A stretch of 64,000 nucleotides of DNA from Myxococcota bacterium (GCA_039208735.1 JBCCQY010000014.1:26916-90915); one strand, 5' to 3'; positions 8,728 through 18,871 are shown, numbered from the stretch's first letter. The notes: generated from the letters alone by a model not told the origin. A program made the numbers and translations.

Positions 8728-10227
8728 GTGTTCGATGTGTTGACCAAGGGCTTCAAAAGCGCCCAGCTCGCCCTCCAGGGCAAAACCGAGCTGACCGAGG
8801 ACAACCTTGCCCCTGCGCTGCGCGAGGTCCGAACGTCATTGCTCCAAGCCGACGTACAACTGTCGGTCGTCAAGGACTTCTTGGCTCGGGTCAAGGAGAA
8901 GGCCCTCGGAGACATCGTTCCGGTGCGGGTCTCGGGCCAAAAGGTCCGTCTTTCGCCCCAAGATTGGTTCGTCAAGGCATGCCATGACGAGCTGGTTGAA
9001 CTCATGGGACCTGTCGACACCTCGCTCGACCTCTCGGCGAGTCCGTCGGTCATCATGATGATCGGGTTGCAAGGTTCCGGTAAGACGACCACAACGGGCA
9101 AGTTGGCGCGAAAGTTGATGGCGGAGGGGCACAAGCCCCTGCTCGTCGCCGCCGACATTTACCGTCCGGCGGCGGTCGACCAGCTGAGGGTGATCGGGCG
9201 CAAGCTCAACGCACCCGTGTTTCACGAACCCGACACCTCTCCGGTGGAGCTGGCCCGCAAGGGCGTCACGCAGGCCCGAAACACCGATTGTGACGTCGTC
9301 ATCATCGATACGGCAGGCCGACTTGCGATCGACGAAGCCCTCATGCAGGAAGTCGTCGACATCAAGGACGCGGTTCGTCCGCGAAACGTCTTGTTTGTCG
9401 TGGACGCCATGATCGGTCAGGACGCGGTCCGTACGGCCAAGGCATTCGACGAACGACTCGATTTCACGGGCTTCGTCCTCACGAAGCTCGACGGGGACGC
9501 ACGAGGGGGCGCGGCGCTCTCGATCAAGGCCGTCACGGGCAAGCCCGTCAAATTCCTCGGGCAAGGGGAAGGCCTCGACAGGCTCGAGGAATTCCGTCCC
9601 GACGGACTGGCGCAACGCATCCTTGGCATGGGCGATGTCGTCGGGCTGGTTCAGGACTTCGAGAAGCATGTCGACAAGGTCGAGGCCGAAAAAGACGCGA
9701 AGAAGATGCTTCGCGGCGACTTCGGCTACGACGACTTCGTCAAGCAGATCAAGACGATCCGGCGAATGGGGCCCCTGCGCGATCTGCTGTCGAAGATCCC
9801 GGGCTTGGGTGGAATGCTCGATCAGATCCCTGAAGAGGCCCTCGACGAACGGGAACTGGACCGAACCTTGGCGATCATTGGTTCAATGACCATCGAGGAA
9901 CGGAAGATTCCCGATGTGATGAATGAAAGTCGAATGCGTCGGATCGCGCGAGGCTGCGGCCGCGGTCTCGACGACGTGAAGTCGCTGCACGAACGATTCC
10001 TGCAGGCGCGCCAAATGATGAAGGGACTTGGCGGCTTGATGGGTAATCCCAACCAAATGGCCGCGATGCAGCAGATGATGGGCGGGGGCGGGATGCCCGG
10101 CATGCCCATGATGCCGGGGATGGGGGGCGCTCCGGAACCCCGCAAGACGCTGTCTGCCGACGAGAAAATCGCCCGTCGCAAGAAACAAAAGGCGGCGAAG
10201 AAGGCTCGTAAGCGCAACCGACGGTGA
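8728..10227 (+). CDS. ffh: Signal recognition particle protein Ffh
   Basis: GLQGSGKTTT, DTAGRL, TKLDGDARGGAALS, RILGMGD, Met-rich M domain with SRMRRIARG. Confidence 0.98.
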   Translation: MFDVLTKGFKSAQLALQGKTELTEDNLAPALREVRTSLLQADVQLSVVKDFLARVKEKALGDIVPVRVSGQKVRLSPQDWFVKACHDELVELMGPVDTSLDLSASPSVIMMIGLQGSGKTTTTGKLARKLMAEGHKPLLVAADIYRPAAVDQLRVIGRKLNAPVFHEPDTSPVELARKGVTQARNTDCDVVIIDTAGRLAIDEALMQEVVDIKDAVRPRNVLFVVDAMIGQDAVRTAKAFDERLDFTGFVLTKLDGDARGGAALSIKAVTGKPVKFLGQGEGLDRLEEFRPDGLAQRILGMGDVVGLVQDFEKHVDKVEAEKDAKKMLRGDFGYDDFVKQIKTIRRMGPLRDLLSKIPGLGGMLDQIPEEALDERELDRTLAIIGSMTIEERKIPDVMNESRMRRIARGCGRGLDDVKSLHERFLQARQMMKGLGGLMGNPNQMAAMQQMMGGGGMPGMPMMPGMGGAPEPRKTLSADEKIARRKKQKAAKKARKRNRR

Positions 10228-11087
10228 CGTCGGCGATGCGGGTCGCGGTACGGCTCCCCAATCACCTTGGTGACACCGTGATGAGCTGGCCCGCGCTCGA
10301 GGGGCTGGCCGATCGTCATGAGGTGACCCTTTACGGCCCCGATGCGTTGAGGCCGTTTTGGGATGGAGGGCCGTGGCGGCCACCAGCAACGATGCCGCGC
10401 GGCGAATACGACGCGGCTGTGCTGTTCGCCCCGTCCTTTCGTGCAGCCTGGGAAGCCCGTTTGGTCCCTCGACGAATCGGAACTCCAACCGATCATCGGC
10501 GATGGCTGCTCACAGAGGCCGTGGCGCCGCGCGCTCACCGGTCCGACACCTATCGGGCCGTTGCCGGTCGTTTGGGCGCGTCCCATCCCGCTCCGCCTCG
10601 TCTGCGAGGTCCACCCGCGGCAGGTGGTCCGGCCCACGTCGGGCTGAATCCCATCGTGAAAGGCGGCCGGACACGTCAATGGACAGGATTTGCGGCACTC
10701 GCGGATGTGCTCGCGAGGCGATTTCCCGTGCGCTTCTACGCGGGTCCTGGTGAGGGAAGGGCGCTCGCCGCAGTGGCGCCCCGACATCCACAGTCGGTCG
10801 GACTTCCGCTCCGTTCCTTTGCTGCGGCCCTTGGAGACTGCAGGGTGTTCGTATCGAACGACGCGGGCTCGGCTCACTTCGCAGCCGCCCTCGGAGTTCG
10901 CGTCGTCGTCCTCTACGGTTCCACGCGACCCGAGCACACCGGGCCTGCAGGGGCGTGGGCGGTCCAAGGCCCGTCTCTTCCCTGTGTGCCGTGCTACCGA
11001 AACCGCTGCCGAATTCGAACCTTCGGCTGCCTCGACATCGCGTTGAACGACGTCGTCGCTGCCGTGGAGGCCGCGTGGGATTCGTGA
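10224..11087 (+). CDS. GT9 glycosyltransferase, heptosyltransferase II/WaaF-like
   Basis: VRLPNHLGDTVM, FVSNDAGSAHFAAALG, LYGSTRPEHTGP, C-terminal CVPCY...C...C. Confidence 0.88.
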   Translation: MTSAMRVAVRLPNHLGDTVMSWPALEGLADRHEVTLYGPDALRPFWDGGPWRPPATMPRGEYDAAVLFAPSFRAAWEARLVPRRIGTPTDHRRWLLTEAVAPRAHRSDTYRAVAGRLGASHPAPPRLRGPPAAGGPAHVGLNPIVKGGRTRQWTGFAALADVLARRFPVRFYAGPGEGRALAAVAPRHPQSVGLPLRSFAAALGDCRVFVSNDAGSAHFAAALGVRVVVLYGSTRPEHTGPAGAWAVQGPSLPCVPCYRNRCRIRTFGCLDIALNDVVAAVEAAWDS

Positions 11088-11881
11088 TCCAACGGCGACG
11101 GGCGCTCGGGGACGTTGTTCTGATCGGGGCGATCACCCAGGCCTTGCCCGGACCCGTCGTCGTGCAGACGGCGGAACGCTACCGCCCCGTGGCCGAGCGA
11201 CTCCGCGGTGTCGATCGCGTTGTTGGTTGGGACGAGCCTCCACCTGCGGATCACATCCGCATCGATCTTCAAGGCGGATTGCGGAAGCACAGCATTGCCC
11301 GACGCCTTCGCTTATGGGGATTGGGCTCCGGGCGACCTGCCGTAACCACTCTGTACGGTGAGGCGGCTCGGGTCCGCCCGCGCCCGCCACCCTGGATCGA
11401 CTTGCCGCGACCCGACGCCAAGGCCCTGGTGCTGATTCCAGGGGCAAGCACCGCGCTCAAGCAACCGCCCCCCTCGCTCCTCCGCGAAGCCGCAGACCAG
11501 TGGGAGGGGCCTGTGCTCGTGGTCGGTGGGCCCGAAGATTCGGCGGCGCTCGACGCCCTTACGCCCCTATCGATTCACCAGGACCGAAAAGGGTTTACGG
11601 AGACCTTCCGCTCGTTTGCCCAAGCCCAGGTCGTCGTCGGAGGAGACACGGGGCTTGCGCACCTGGCCGCGGCTTGTGGCATTCCCACGGTTGCGGTGGC
11701 CGGCCCAACCCATCCCGACGACGGCTTTCTTCGTGAACATTTCGCAGCCGTGCTGGGCCGCAATGTGGGATGCCGCCCGTGTACGTTGCATCGACGTACC
11801 TGGTGCTGGCGCGGAGATCGTCGGTGCTTTGACCTCGATCCACGGGAATTGGTTCGCAGGATTCGGGCATGCGCTGGTTGA
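11084..11881 (+). CDS. GT9 glycosyltransferase, heptosyltransferase-like, short
   Basis: RALGDVVL, IDLQG, VGGDTGLAHLAAACG, GPTHP, CRPC; GTG 11084 overlaps the upstream stop. Confidence 0.85.
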   Translation: MIQRRRALGDVVLIGAITQALPGPVVVQTAERYRPVAERLRGVDRVVGWDEPPPADHIRIDLQGGLRKHSIARRLRLWGLGSGRPAVTTLYGEAARVRPRPPPWIDLPRPDAKALVLIPGASTALKQPPPSLLREAADQWEGPVLVVGGPEDSAALDALTPLSIHQDRKGFTETFRSFAQAQVVVGGDTGLAHLAAACGIPTVAVAGPTHPDDGFLREHFAAVLGRNVGCRPCTLHRRTWCWRGDRRCFDLDPRELVRRIRACAG

Positions 11882-12870
11882 TCCTTACCGACGACCATCC
11901 TCCGATGGTCGGAGGCATCGCCACGTTCGTGGCTCGCCTGGCGCGAGGCCTCGTCGATCGAGGCGATCAGGTCGAGATTGTGGCTCGTGCCGGCGCCGAG
12001 CCTGTACCGGGCACCCGCCTCATCGCGGCCCGAGGGCCTCGCTTTGGTCGTTACGCAGGACGTTGGTTGGCTCTTGCCGCGGGCTCCCGACTGTTTTCGG
12101 CCGATCGCATCGTGGCGACGACTTGGGTGGCGGCAACCACCGCAAGCCGCCTCGGTCGCCCTCTTGCCATCTTGGCCCATGGCTCCGATGTGACGCGGCC
12201 GCCGGTGCGGGCTCACGCGACGTTCCTGCGGACCTGGCGAGCAGCATGCCAACGGTTTGCGGTCTCGGACTTCTTGGTCGAACGTCTTCGGGAGCACCAC
12301 CTCACCGCACGACGCCTCCCGTGGCCCGTCGATCCGTTGGCTTGTCCACCTCCGCCACGCCAACGGCACTCCCGTTGGGCATTTGTGGGCCGCCTGACGC
12401 CCTTGAAGGGGGTGGACCGATTCGTACGTTGGGTCGCGGCGGCGGGGGTTCAGGGGGTCGTGGTGGGCCATGGAAAGGCCATGGGACCGACGGTCGCCCT
12501 CGCTCGACAACTGCGGGCAGATGTTCAATTCCTCGGTCGTGTCTCGCTCACCGAGGTCCAGACGTTGTGGCCCGAGGTTGACCTGCTGGTGCTTGCTCCT
12601 CGCGCCGACCCCGACGGCTCGGGGGCCGAAGGGTTAGGGACCGTCCTTCTTGAAGCGGCAGCCCACGGGGTGCCTTCGGTGGGCTGTGCGACGGGAGGGG
12701 TGCCCGAAGGAGCAGGGCTCATCGTGGGGGGGCCCGACGATGCCGCCGCGTCCGTCCGCGAAATCGACCGCTGGTGGACCCCAATGCGGGGCCGGGAAGC
12801 GTGGGAACGCTGTCGAGAGCGACATGGAACGGCGAAGACCCTCGCGGCGCTGGATGATCGAGCCCCATGA
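11869..12870 (+). CDS. GT4 glycosyltransferase
   Basis: DHPPMVGGI, HGSD, FVGRLTPLKG, EGLGTVLLEAAAHGVP. Confidence 0.9.
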   Translation: MRWLILTDDHPPMVGGIATFVARLARGLVDRGDQVEIVARAGAEPVPGTRLIAARGPRFGRYAGRWLALAAGSRLFSADRIVATTWVAATTASRLGRPLAILAHGSDVTRPPVRAHATFLRTWRAACQRFAVSDFLVERLREHHLTARRLPWPVDPLACPPPPRQRHSRWAFVGRLTPLKGVDRFVRWVAAAGVQGVVVGHGKAMGPTVALARQLRADVQFLGRVSLTEVQTLWPEVDLLVLAPRADPDGSGAEGLGTVLLEAAAHGVPSVGCATGGVPEGAGLIVGGPDDAAASVREIDRWWTPMRGREAWERCRERHGTAKTLAALDDRAP

Positions 12871-13937
12871 GCCAGGCGTGGTTTGTCTTGTACCGCCCGT
12901 CGGCGCCGAGTGTACGGGCGCAGGCTGTTCAGGTGTTGGCGACGGCCGGAGCCCTCGCCACCCGTGGCCATCGCGTGACCGTGTGCGTTCAGACGGAGGC
13001 CTCCGATGCGGCGATTCGAGAGGCCCACGCCTTGCCATCGTCCCTGCATCTCGTGCGCCTGCCGTTGGGGAATACTTGGGCATCTTTGGCGTATCGTGCG
13101 TCTTTTGCGGACTTCATTCGTCGCACCAAAGGTCGGCGATGGGTGCTTGCCCGATCGAAGCGGCATGCCCACTGGGCGCTGCGGTGGTTTGGAGGCCGGT
13201 TTCGGCTGATCATGGAAGCCCATGAAGTCGATAGCCTTCGCACGGATCGCGCGATCGAGGGCGTTCATGCCCTTGAGCGACAGGTGCTTCGCAGTGCGGT
13301 CGGCCTCGTTGCCAATGCCGTGGGAACGCTGGCCGATCTGCGGGCGACGCATTGGCCGTTGCCCCCTGCGACCGTAATCGCCAACGCGGCACTTCCGGGT
13401 GGCCCTGCGATGTCTCCGGGTGCGGACATCGGATGGCTCGGCTCCATTCGGCCAGACAAGGACCCCGAAACTGTCGCGCACGCTGCCCGCACGTTGTCGC
13501 ATCGCATCGTTGTGGGAGGACCAACGGCAGCCGACGTTGCTCCTTTGGTGGAACGGTCCCAAGGACGCCTGATCGTGGAGCCCGCTCGGTGGCCCGCCCA
13601 GGTTCCCGAACGCTTGCGCCAGTTCCGCGTGTTGTTGGTGCCCTTGTCGCGCGGACGGTTTGGCGAACGATGGAGTTCACCGTTGAAACTCTACGATGCT
13701 TTGGCGAGTGGGGTGCCCATCGTCGCGGCGGACACCGCGGCCGTTCGTGCGATTGCCGGCTCCGCGTTCGTGCCCTACCGTCCAGGGGATGCCAAGAGCC
13801 TTCAGGAGGCCCTGGACCGCGCGATGACCGACGAGCCGCTGCGACGACAGCTTCGCGACGCCGCAAGGCCCCGAAGGCGCACCTGGGACCTGCGCGCCCA
13901 AGAGCTCGAAGCGTTCGCGCATCGGATCGCACGGTGA
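12867..13937 (+). CDS. GT4 glycosyltransferase
   Basis: WLGSIRPDK, SPLKLYDALASGVPIV, RTW near the C-terminus. Confidence 0.85.
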   Translation: MSQAWFVLYRPSAPSVRAQAVQVLATAGALATRGHRVTVCVQTEASDAAIREAHALPSSLHLVRLPLGNTWASLAYRASFADFIRRTKGRRWVLARSKRHAHWALRWFGGRFRLIMEAHEVDSLRTDRAIEGVHALERQVLRSAVGLVANAVGTLADLRATHWPLPPATVIANAALPGGPAMSPGADIGWLGSIRPDKDPETVAHAARTLSHRIVVGGPTAADVAPLVERSQGRLIVEPARWPAQVPERLRQFRVLLVPLSRGRFGERWSSPLKLYDALASGVPIVAADTAAVRAIAGSAFVPYRPGDAKSLQEALDRAMTDEPLRRQLRDAARPRRRTWDLRAQELEAFAHRIAR

Positions 13938-14995
13938 TGCGGATCGCCTACGTCGTTCGCTACTGGCCGACGCTGTCCGAGACGTTTGTGGTGCGTGAGA
14001 TTGCGGAACTCCAGCGTCGGGGTTTGCACATCGAGGTGTTTGCCCTTGGGCATCGTCGCGATCCACATCCCGGGGAATCGCTGTCCGAGCTTCGCGTGCA
14101 TCGCCCCCCTCGAGGCGCGGCTCTCTTGGCGGCCGCGTTCAGGGCCATCCCAAAGCCCATCTGGAGCAAGCAGGCGGTGCGGGTGGCATGGGCGGCTCGG
14201 CGCCTTCGTGAGGGCCGGTTCGATCGGGTTCATGCGCACTTTGCAGGCGAGGCAGCGGCTTTTGCGAGGGCTGCGGCACGGCGGGCCGACCTTCCGTTTT
14301 CGGTGACCGTGCATGCCAACGATCTGTTCGTGCCGCGAGCAGACCTGCGATCCCTGTTGCATGCGGCCCGTCCGGTGATCACCGTATGCGCGCATCATGC
14401 CCAGGTGATGCACGAGCGCTATCAGGTGCAAAGCCGCGTCGTGCACTGCGGGGTCGACCCAGACCGATACCCGCTTTGCGACCCCGGACGGTCGCGTCGC
14501 TTTGTGAGTGTCGCGCGCGACGTGCCCAAGAAGGGCCTCGACGACCTCGTGCAGGCCATGCAGCAGGTTCCCGCTCTGCTGCGCCTCGTGAGCGACGGGG
14601 TGCGATTGGGGGGCCCGGGAGTGTTGGTGGGGCCCGTGCCCGCCGCCGCCGTCGATGCCATCCTCGCCGACGCGATGGCGTTCGTGCTCCCGTGTCGTAT
14701 CGCGGAAAACGGAGATCGGGACGGAATTCCGGTGGCCATGATGGAGGCAATGGCCTCGGGCATTCCCGTGGTGACGACCGGCGTAAGTGGATTGCCAGAA
14801 CTTGTCGATGACGAGGTCGGCTGGCGAGTCCCGCCGAACCACCCTCGGACGCTGGCCGCGACGTTGCGGGAGGTGTTGGCCGACCCCGAATTGCGTCGCC
14901 GGAAGGGAGCGCTGGCGCGTCGTCGGATCGTCGATCGATCGTTCACCCTTTCGGCACAGGCCAATGGGCTACTCGCTGCGTGGGAGCTGGGATGA
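13937..14995 (+). CDS. GT4 glycosyltransferase, WcaL-like
   Basis: PTLSETFVVREI, HAHFA, FSVTVHAND, KKG, DRDGIPVAMMEAMASG. Confidence 0.9.
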   Translation: MRIAYVVRYWPTLSETFVVREIAELQRRGLHIEVFALGHRRDPHPGESLSELRVHRPPRGAALLAAAFRAIPKPIWSKQAVRVAWAARRLREGRFDRVHAHFAGEAAAFARAAARRADLPFSVTVHANDLFVPRADLRSLLHAARPVITVCAHHAQVMHERYQVQSRVVHCGVDPDRYPLCDPGRSRRFVSVARDVPKKGLDDLVQAMQQVPALLRLVSDGVRLGGPGVLVGPVPAAAVDAILADAMAFVLPCRIAENGDRDGIPVAMMEAMASGIPVVTTGVSGLPELVDDEVGWRVPPNHPRTLAATLREVLADPELRRRKGALARRRIVDRSFTLSAQANGLLAAWELG

Positions 14996-15828
14996 CGAGC
15001 GAGCTTCGACGGGTTCGAGCCAACCACCTCGACATTGCGTACTTCGAGTACGGTGAGGGACCGCTGGTGGTGTTGGTACATGGGTTTCCCGACACCGCGA
15101 TGACCTGGCAGGCACTGGGGCCCCGCATCGCAGACCTGGGGTACCGCGTGGTGGCTCCCTATCTGCGTGGCTATCACCCGACGTCGCAGCCCGATCGCGA
15201 CACCACCATCGTAGACCTCGGTGATGACGTGCGGGGGCTGATGGATGCGCTCGATGCGCCCCAAGCCGTGCTCGTGGGCCACGACTGGGGAGCCAGCGCG
15301 GTGATGATGGCGGCCGCGACCGCCCCTGAACGGGTCGTCGGCTTGGGCTTACTCGCCATTCCCCACCCGGCCGCGTTGACTCCGTCGCTCACCTCGCTCT
15401 GGCGAGCCCGTCACTTCATCACGCTCACCCTACCCGGAGCAGAGCGGCGCTTTGCCCGCCGCGACCTGTCCGGCATCGACACGCTCCTCCGACGCTGGGC
15501 CCCGAACTGGACTCCGTCTGAAGACGAACTCGCCGACGTGCGTCGATGCTTCCGAGAACCCGGCGCTCTTCATGCTGCGCTGGGGTACTACCGTGCGTTT
15601 TCCTTTCGGGTGCCCGACCGCCTCAAGGCCAAACTTCCCATGCCCACCGTCGCCATTGCAGGGCTCGAAGACATTGTCGAGGTGACTGCGTTCGAGCGCA
15701 GTCGTCGAGGTTTCTCGGGAGATTTTCAGGTTCGGGAGTACCCGTGTGGACACTTCCCGCACCGAGAGCGTCCGGATGATGTTTTTCAGGCTTTATCCGA
15801 GCTTTTGTCGAAATCAAAGTTCGACTGA
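14992..15828 (+). CDS. Alpha/beta hydrolase, epoxide hydrolase/dehalogenase-like
   Basis: HGFP oxyanion motif, GHDWG Asp nucleophile, YYRA, GHFPHRE. Confidence 0.9.
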   Translation: MTSELRRVRANHLDIAYFEYGEGPLVVLVHGFPDTAMTWQALGPRIADLGYRVVAPYLRGYHPTSQPDRDTTIVDLGDDVRGLMDALDAPQAVLVGHDWGASAVMMAAATAPERVVGLGLLAIPHPAALTPSLTSLWRARHFITLTLPGAERRFARRDLSGIDTLLRRWAPNWTPSEDELADVRRCFREPGALHAALGYYRAFSFRVPDRLKAKLPMPTVAIAGLEDIVEVTAFERSRRGFSGDFQVREYPCGHFPHRERPDDVFQALSELLSKSKFD

Positions 15829-15846
15829 TCGGGACATCTTGGCCAT

Positions 15847-17340
15847 GTGCACGACGCGCTGGCCAGCTACCTTCATTCCCGAGCCCGGGGCGCTTCTCAT
15901 CGAGGGGCCGTCCGGGCTGCGTCCGAGGCGGTAGCCACCGACCCCTGGCGAGTGGTGCAAGAAGGCGGGGCGCTCGCACGGGCCAGGCCAGTCGTCGCCG
16001 AGACCGATCTGGGGCTCACAGCGGACCTCGATCCCGTGGCCCTGACCGATATGCGGGCCGTGGTTCGCATCGGCCAGGGCCAGCCCTACCCGCAACGTGA
16101 CCCGCGACAGCGACGTCGCGCGGGCGCCTACGACACCCCAGCCGAGTTGGCTCGAACCGTCGTGCAGGCGACGTTGGCGGCCGCCAAGCGGTGTCGTCGT
16201 GCGCTTGACCCCGCGTGTGGTTCGGGCGCCTTCCTCGTGGCGCTCACCGAGGCGGGCGTTGCGGACGTGACCGGTACCGACCTGGATGAAGTGGTGCTCG
16301 AGGTGGCCCGGGTGGCTTGTCCACAGGCCCACCTGGATGTCGCCGACGCTCTCGAACCCGGTCCACCCGCCGATGTCGTGTGCGGCAATCCCCCGTTTAT
16401 TCGAACTGAACGGCAGGATCGGAACTTGCGCCGGCGGCTGCGAGAGCGACTCCCGTGGCTTCGAGGCCGTTTCGACCTCGTCGTGCCCTTTGCAGCCATT
16501 GCGTCCGAGCGCGTGGCCTCCGGAGGAGCCTTGGGCTTGGTCTTGCCCTACTCCTGCTTTGTCCAGCCCTACGCCACGCCCCTGCGTCGAAGGTGGCTCC
16601 ACGGCTTTGGCGTGGCGCGGCTCGAAGGCCCGATGGCGTTTCCCGGAGCGGCGGTGCAGGTAGGCTGGCTCGTCTTGGAACCGGGGTGCCGCCACACCTC
16701 GGCGTGGCCCGCGGAGGCGGCGTTGCGACTGCCGGCCGTGCCGTTCACACCGAGCCTCCACCGTCGCGACGTGTCCATCGTCGAACGCATGGCGGCCTGC
16801 TCTGATGTGTTGGGGACGTTCTGCGAGGTGGACACGGGGCTTGTGGCCCATGGCGCGCATGGAGGAAAGGCCCGGCTCCTCTGTGAAACCCCGACGTCCG
16901 GCACGGTTCCGTATGCCGATGCCCGAGGGTTCTTTGCGGGTCGGCATGGGTGGCTGCACTACCGGCCGCACGAGATGCACCGCCCGAAGCGTCCCGCACT
17001 CTTCGAATCCCCCAAGATCGTGATTCAACGCTTGCGAGGTCGGGCGCCGGTGCGTGCTGCGGTCGATCGCAAAGGCATCTACGTGGGCCATACTTGCACG
17101 GTGGTTCGGCCCCTCGATCCGTCGACCGACCTCGAACGGTTGCTCGAGCTCATTCGATCGCCCTTGGTCGATGGCTATACGCGCATTCGCTGCGGAGTGC
17201 GTCTCGACCTCTATCCCCGCGACGTGCGGTCGATGCCCGTGCCCCACGGTTGGTTGGAGCGACCGGGCCAGGGCTTGGCCGAGGCCTTTGGCTTAGGTCC
17301 CAGCGAAGTGGAACGACTCTACGTTGCGGCAGGCCGCTAG
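15847..17340 (+). CDS. N6-adenine DNA methyltransferase, gamma class (TaqI/Eco57I-like); no partner nuclease nearby
   Basis: GAYDTP motif X, LDPACGSGAFL motif I, VVCGNPPF motif IV, C-terminal TRD-like region (FESPKIVIQR). Confidence 0.85.
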   Translation: MHDALASYLHSRARGASHRGAVRAASEAVATDPWRVVQEGGALARARPVVAETDLGLTADLDPVALTDMRAVVRIGQGQPYPQRDPRQRRRAGAYDTPAELARTVVQATLAAAKRCRRALDPACGSGAFLVALTEAGVADVTGTDLDEVVLEVARVACPQAHLDVADALEPGPPADVVCGNPPFIRTERQDRNLRRRLRERLPWLRGRFDLVVPFAAIASERVASGGALGLVLPYSCFVQPYATPLRRRWLHGFGVARLEGPMAFPGAAVQVGWLVLEPGCRHTSAWPAEAALRLPAVPFTPSLHRRDVSIVERMAACSDVLGTFCEVDTGLVAHGAHGGKARLLCETPTSGTVPYADARGFFAGRHGWLHYRPHEMHRPKRPALFESPKIVIQRLRGRAPVRAAVDRKGIYVGHTCTVVRPLDPSTDLERLLELIRSPLVDGYTRIRCGVRLDLYPRDVRSMPVPHGWLERPGQGLAEAFGLGPSEVERLYVAAGR

Positions 17341-17978
17341 CCCGCCGCGGTGGCAATGCGGGCGATCACGCTCGGTCGGCGGCGGACGCGTGACAACTCG
17401 GCGAGCACGATGCCCTGGAAGGTACGCAGGGCGGTGTCCAGCACATCGTTGACAACGACGAAGTCGTATTCACCGCACCCGCCCAGCTGCTCGGCGGCTT
17501 GCGTCATGCGCCGTTCAATGGTCTGGGCGTCATCGGTACCTCGTCCATTGAGCCGCTGACGAAGGATCTCGAAGGACGGCGGGGCGACGAAGATGTGGAC
17601 CGCTTCGGGCATGCGCTCCCGGATCTGTCGCGCGCCTTGGACGTCGATGTCGAGCAGCAACGATCGGCCCTGCGACAAGGCCTCTTCGGTGGGTTGGCGC
17701 AGGGTTCCGTAGTCTCGTCCATAGACGGTTGCCGACTCGAGAAACGCGTCCGCCTCTTGGAGGGCTTGAAAGCGCTCGCGCGTCAGGAAATGGTAGGCCT
17801 CGCCGTTAACCTCGCCTTCGCGAGGTTCTCGTGTGGTGGCGGACACACTGAACGACAGGCCTTCGATCGCGGCCAACGTGGCGGCTACGAGGGTGGACTT
17901 GCCCACCCCGCTCGGCCCCGAAATCACAAAAAGGGCGCCTCGATCCGGCGGCACCCAACCGGGAAGTGGCTCATTCAC
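17337..17978 (-). CDS. gmk: Guanylate kinase
   Basis: GPSGVGKST, SVSATTREPREGE, YGT, LDIDVQGA, RGTD. Confidence 0.97.
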   Translation of the reverse strand: MNEPLPGWVPPDRGALFVISGPSGVGKSTLVAATLAAIEGLSFSVSATTREPREGEVNGEAYHFLTRERFQALQEADAFLESATVYGRDYGTLRQPTEEALSQGRSLLLDIDVQGARQIRERMPEAVHIFVAPPSFEILRQRLNGRGTDDAQTIERRMTQAAEQLGGCGEYDFVVVNDVLDTALRTFQGIVLAELSRVRRRPSVIARIATAAG

Positions 17979-18850
17979 TGCAGGTTCGCCGATTGCTCAC
18001 GCATGCGCTCGAGTAACGCCTTGAGTTCGACAACGTGAGCGCTCACGGCGTGGTCTGCGGTTTTCGCTCCCATCGTGTTGGCCTCCCGGTTGAGTTCCTG
18101 CAGCAGGAAGTCGAGCCGGCGGCCCACGGGCTCATCACTCTCGAGAGCATCCGAGAGCTGATCAAGATGGCTCCCCAGGCGCGTCAGCTCTTCGCTGATG
18201 TCCGCCTTATCGGCAAGGATCGCGACTTCCTGAGCAAGTCTCGCCGGATCCAATCGTTCGGCAATGAGACGGTCTAGACGCTGTTGGAGGCGTTGTTGAA
18301 TCGTCTCGGCCACCGAAACGACGGCGGCTTCGACGTGCGCAGCAAGGTCTCGGGCCTCGGTCACATACGTCTTCAGCGTGGTGACGAGCGCAGCGCCCTC
18401 GGTTTGACGCATGGTGAGCAAATCGTCGATCGCCGCGGTGAGGGCGGCTTCGACGATGGGCCATTCCCCCATCACGTCGGTTTCGGCTTCTTCCACCACG
18501 AGCACGCCGGGTTGAGACAGCACAAACGCGAGCGAGACCGAACCGTCCACTCCAGGCAGCTCTTGGGCGAGTTGCTGTGCTGCCTCGACATAGGCGCGAG
18601 CCAGCGAACGGTCGGTGGTCAGTCGGCGCTCGGAGCCCACCCCTTGGCGCCGAATGAAGACATCCACCCGACCTCTCGCAATCGCCGCCTTAAGCAGGGA
18701 AAGCATGCGCGGCTCGAGTGCGCCGTACTCCCGCGGAACCCGCAGTTGCAGGTCGCGGAAGCGGTTGTTGACGCTCTTGAGTTCCACGACGACCGTGACA
18801 TGGTTGGTCGCCGCTTCACCCCGGCCGTACCCCGTCATCGATTGAGGCAC
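17975..18850 (-). CDS. yicC: YicC/YloC family endoribonuclease
   Basis: SMTGYGR, ELKSVNNRF, DISEELTRL, GRRLDFLLQELNREANT, MREQ; directly upstream of gmk as usual. Confidence 0.95.
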   Translation of the reverse strand: MPQSMTGYGRGEAATNHVTVVVELKSVNNRFRDLQLRVPREYGALEPRMLSLLKAAIARGRVDVFIRRQGVGSERRLTTDRSLARAYVEAAQQLAQELPGVDGSVSLAFVLSQPGVLVVEEAETDVMGEWPIVEAALTAAIDDLLTMRQTEGAALVTTLKTYVTEARDLAAHVEAAVVSVAETIQQRLQQRLDRLIAERLDPARLAQEVAILADKADISEELTRLGSHLDQLSDALESDEPVGRRLDFLLQELNREANTMGAKTADHAVSAHVVELKALLERMREQSANLQ

Positions 18851-18871
18851 GACAAACCTCCGAAGCGCCGA

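Noticed and set aside
15814..17247. 477-aa minus-strand ORF, and similar long shadows such as 53249-54559, 48510-49784, 29369-30505 and 25556-26701
   Set aside because: Each lies opposite a well-supported gene and has Arg/Pro/His-rich, motif-free composition.
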